Source of the DNA: Planctomycetota bacterium
GTDB taxonomy: Bacteria > Planctomycetota > MHYJ01 > JACPRB01
Direction of reading: 5' to 3'
Assembly (NCBI GenBank): GCA_035490275.1
Contig: DATHFI010000186.1
Coordinates: forward strand, 1-24,510
DNA length: 24,510 nt
Shown: positions 22,755-24,510 of the stretch, one piece after another
Numbering within the stretch: the first letter of the stretch is position 1
Layout of the letters: each line of letters starts with the position of its first letter
Notes under the pieces: generated by a model
The model's database searches: none
The model's input: only the letters and a program-made list of their open reading frames with translations
Told to the model about the DNA's origin: nothing
Translations under genes and position numbers: made by a program

Positions 22755-22950
22755 CGATCCCATTCTACCCTCGGCGCGCGCTTCGCACTCCACGGGAAGC
22801 GCAGAAACCGTGCCTCCGGGACCAGCTCCAAGGCATTGGGGGACTGGAGGATGAACCGGCAGACGGCGAGTGCGAATTGCGCGTTGCGGTCGGAAACGGC
22901 CTCGTTTCGCCTTGAATCGCCGTCACCGGGGCGGAATGCGGGATGCGTCC

Positions 22951-24510
22951 CTACAGACTTTTCTTGAAGAACTCCACGATCCGTTCTTCCATGTTCCGCC
23001 GGTCCATTTCGCTCCTCGGCATATGCCTCTCCTCGGGGTAGAGGAGGAGTTCGTACGGCCGGTTCGCCTTCACCAAGGCGTTGATGAACCGCGCCGTGTG
23101 GCGGAAGTGGACGTTCTCGTCGAGCATGCCGTGGATGAGGAGGAGCTTTCCCCGCAGCCTGTCGGCGAACGTCAGGCAACTTGCGTCGCGATAGCCTTCC
23201 AGATTCTCCTGGGGCGTCCCCATGTACCGCTCGGTGTAGTGCGTGTCGTAGCCCGCCGTGTCCGCATTCGGGGCGCCCGCGACGCCCGCCTTGAAGACCT
23301 CGGGCGCCTTGAGGAGGCCCATCAGCGTCATGTACCCGCCGTAGCTCCAGCCGTAGATCCCCACGCGGTCGCCGTCGACCCAACCGCGCGACTTCGCGAA
23401 GTTCACCCCGTCGACCTGGTCGCTCACCTCGATCGATCCCATCCGGCGCGCGATCGCGCCCTCGAACGCCAGCCCGCGACGCGCGGAGCCGCGATTGTCC
23501 ACGCGCATCACGAGGAACCCTTCCTTCGCGAGGAACTGCGCCCTCATTTCGACCGTGGCGAGCCACGAGTCCACCACCGTCTGCACGTGCGGGCCGCCGT
23601 ACACCTGCACGACGAGCGGCGCGGGAAGCTTCGCGGGCTTGTAGAGCATCCCGAGGAGCTCCACGCCGTCCCGCGAGCGGAACGAGAAAATCTCCGGCGT
23701 CACGAGCGGCAGGTCGACCGTGGCCGAAGCGTGCACCTCGCGATCGGGATTCTTGATCTGGACCGAGAACGGGGTCGTCCGCGAATCGTGGACGTCGACC
23801 CAGGAAGCAAAGTCCTTCGAGAAAACGGCCTGGTGGATCCCCGGCTCCTTGGTGAGACGGACCGGCTCGCCGCCGTCGAGACTCACGACGAAGACCTGGC
23901 ACTCGGTCACGGGATTCGCCGCCGTAAAAGCCAGGCGCCGGCCCTTCGGATCGAAGCCCTGCACCGAGTCGACGGCCCACGGTCCCGAGGTGAGAACCCG
24001 GGCGAGCGACCCGTCCGCGCGGCGCAGTCCGAGGTGCTTGAATCCGCTCCGCTCGGAGGCCCACAGGAACTCGCCCGTCTCCGGCACGAAGCGAAGATCG
24101 TTGTGCAGGTTGATCCAGAGGTCCGACTCCTCGACGAGGAGGGCCGCGCCTTTGCCGGTCGCGGAATCGAAGGCCCGTAGCTCCAGCCGTTTCTGGTCGC
24201 GGGTCTGGAGCTGGGCCGTGAGCCGCCCGTCGGGATGCCACGCGACGCGCGCGAGGTACTCGTACCCGCCGAGATCCATCCAGACCGTGGGGCCGCCCGC
24301 GGCGGGCACGACGCCGAGACGGACGCGCGCATTCTCCGCGCCCGCGAACGGGTAGCGATGGCGCTCGAAGGCCGGGGCGTCGCTCCCGAGATGGGGGATG
24401 ATGTACTCGGGAATGTGACGATCGTCCGCCTGCTCGTAGGCGAGGAAGCGCCCGTCGCGGCTCCACCAGAATCCCGAGAATCGATCCATCTCCTCCTGCG
24501 CGATGTACTC
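22951..24510 (-). CDS. S9B dipeptidyl peptidase IV-like serine peptidase (5' end outside the window)
   Basis: GWSYGG nucleophile, HGMLDENVH Asp, YPEERH His, EEMDRFSGFWWS DPP-IV propeller motif, VYGGP, DNRGS, YTERYMG. The frame is open to the window end. Confidence 0.93.
   Translation of the reverse strand, partial: EYIAQEEMDRFSGFWWSRDGRFLAYEQADDRHIPEYIIPHLGSDAPAFERHRYPFAGAENARVRLGVVPAAGGPTVWMDLGGYEYLARVAWHPDGRLTAQLQTRDQKRLELRAFDSATGKGAALLVEESDLWINLHNDLRFVPETGEFLWASERSGFKHLGLRRADGSLARVLTSGPWAVDSVQGFDPKGRRLAFTAANPVTECQVFVVSLDGGEPVRLTKEPGIHQAVFSKDFASWVDVHDSRTTPFSVQIKNPDREVHASATVDLPLVTPEIFSFRSRDGVELLGMLYKPAKLPAPLVVQVYGGPHVQTVVDSWLATVEMRAQFLAKEGFLVMRVDNRGSARRGLAFEGAIARRMGSIEVSDQVDGVNFAKSRGWVDGDRVGIYGWSYGGYMTLMGLLKAPEVFKAGVAGAPNADTAGYDTHYTERYMGTPQENLEGYRDASCLTFADRLRGKLLLIHGMLDENVHFRHTARFINALVKANRPYELLLYPEERHMPRSEMDRRNMEERIVEFFKKSL

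Overview
High-GC bacterial chromosome segment. The lineage is probably Planctomycetota/PVC, which is an inference from gene style only. Left part (+): a secreted alpha/beta-hydrolase (5'-truncated), an unusual MshEN-STAS-Ada-type Zn-finger fusion protein, and a small lipoprotein that resembles a stand-alone piece of a secretin domain. Next is an AT-rich, DnaA-box-containing interval (probable oriC, about 2283-2568) directly downstream of dnaA (-). dnaA is not followed by dnaN; instead it is translationally coupled to an upstream FHA-domain membrane protein. Divergently transcribed from it is a ~17 kb same-strand run: ECF sigma, Zn-binding anti-sigma, RseB/MucB-like protein, tandem Spy/CpxP-like protein, a type II secretion cluster (gspE-F-G-H-I-J-K-L-M-C-D), a TPR lipoprotein (candidate pilotin) and an M6-like metalloprotease. 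The right end (-) has a Uma2-family PD-(D/E)xK protein and a 5'-truncated S9B dipeptidyl peptidase. Seven short arrays with a 7-bp period, several folding into hairpins, sit at gene junctions or inside cleaved leader peptides. No rRNA, tRNA, CRISPR array or transposase was recognised. All family assignments come from visual motif recognition, not database searches.
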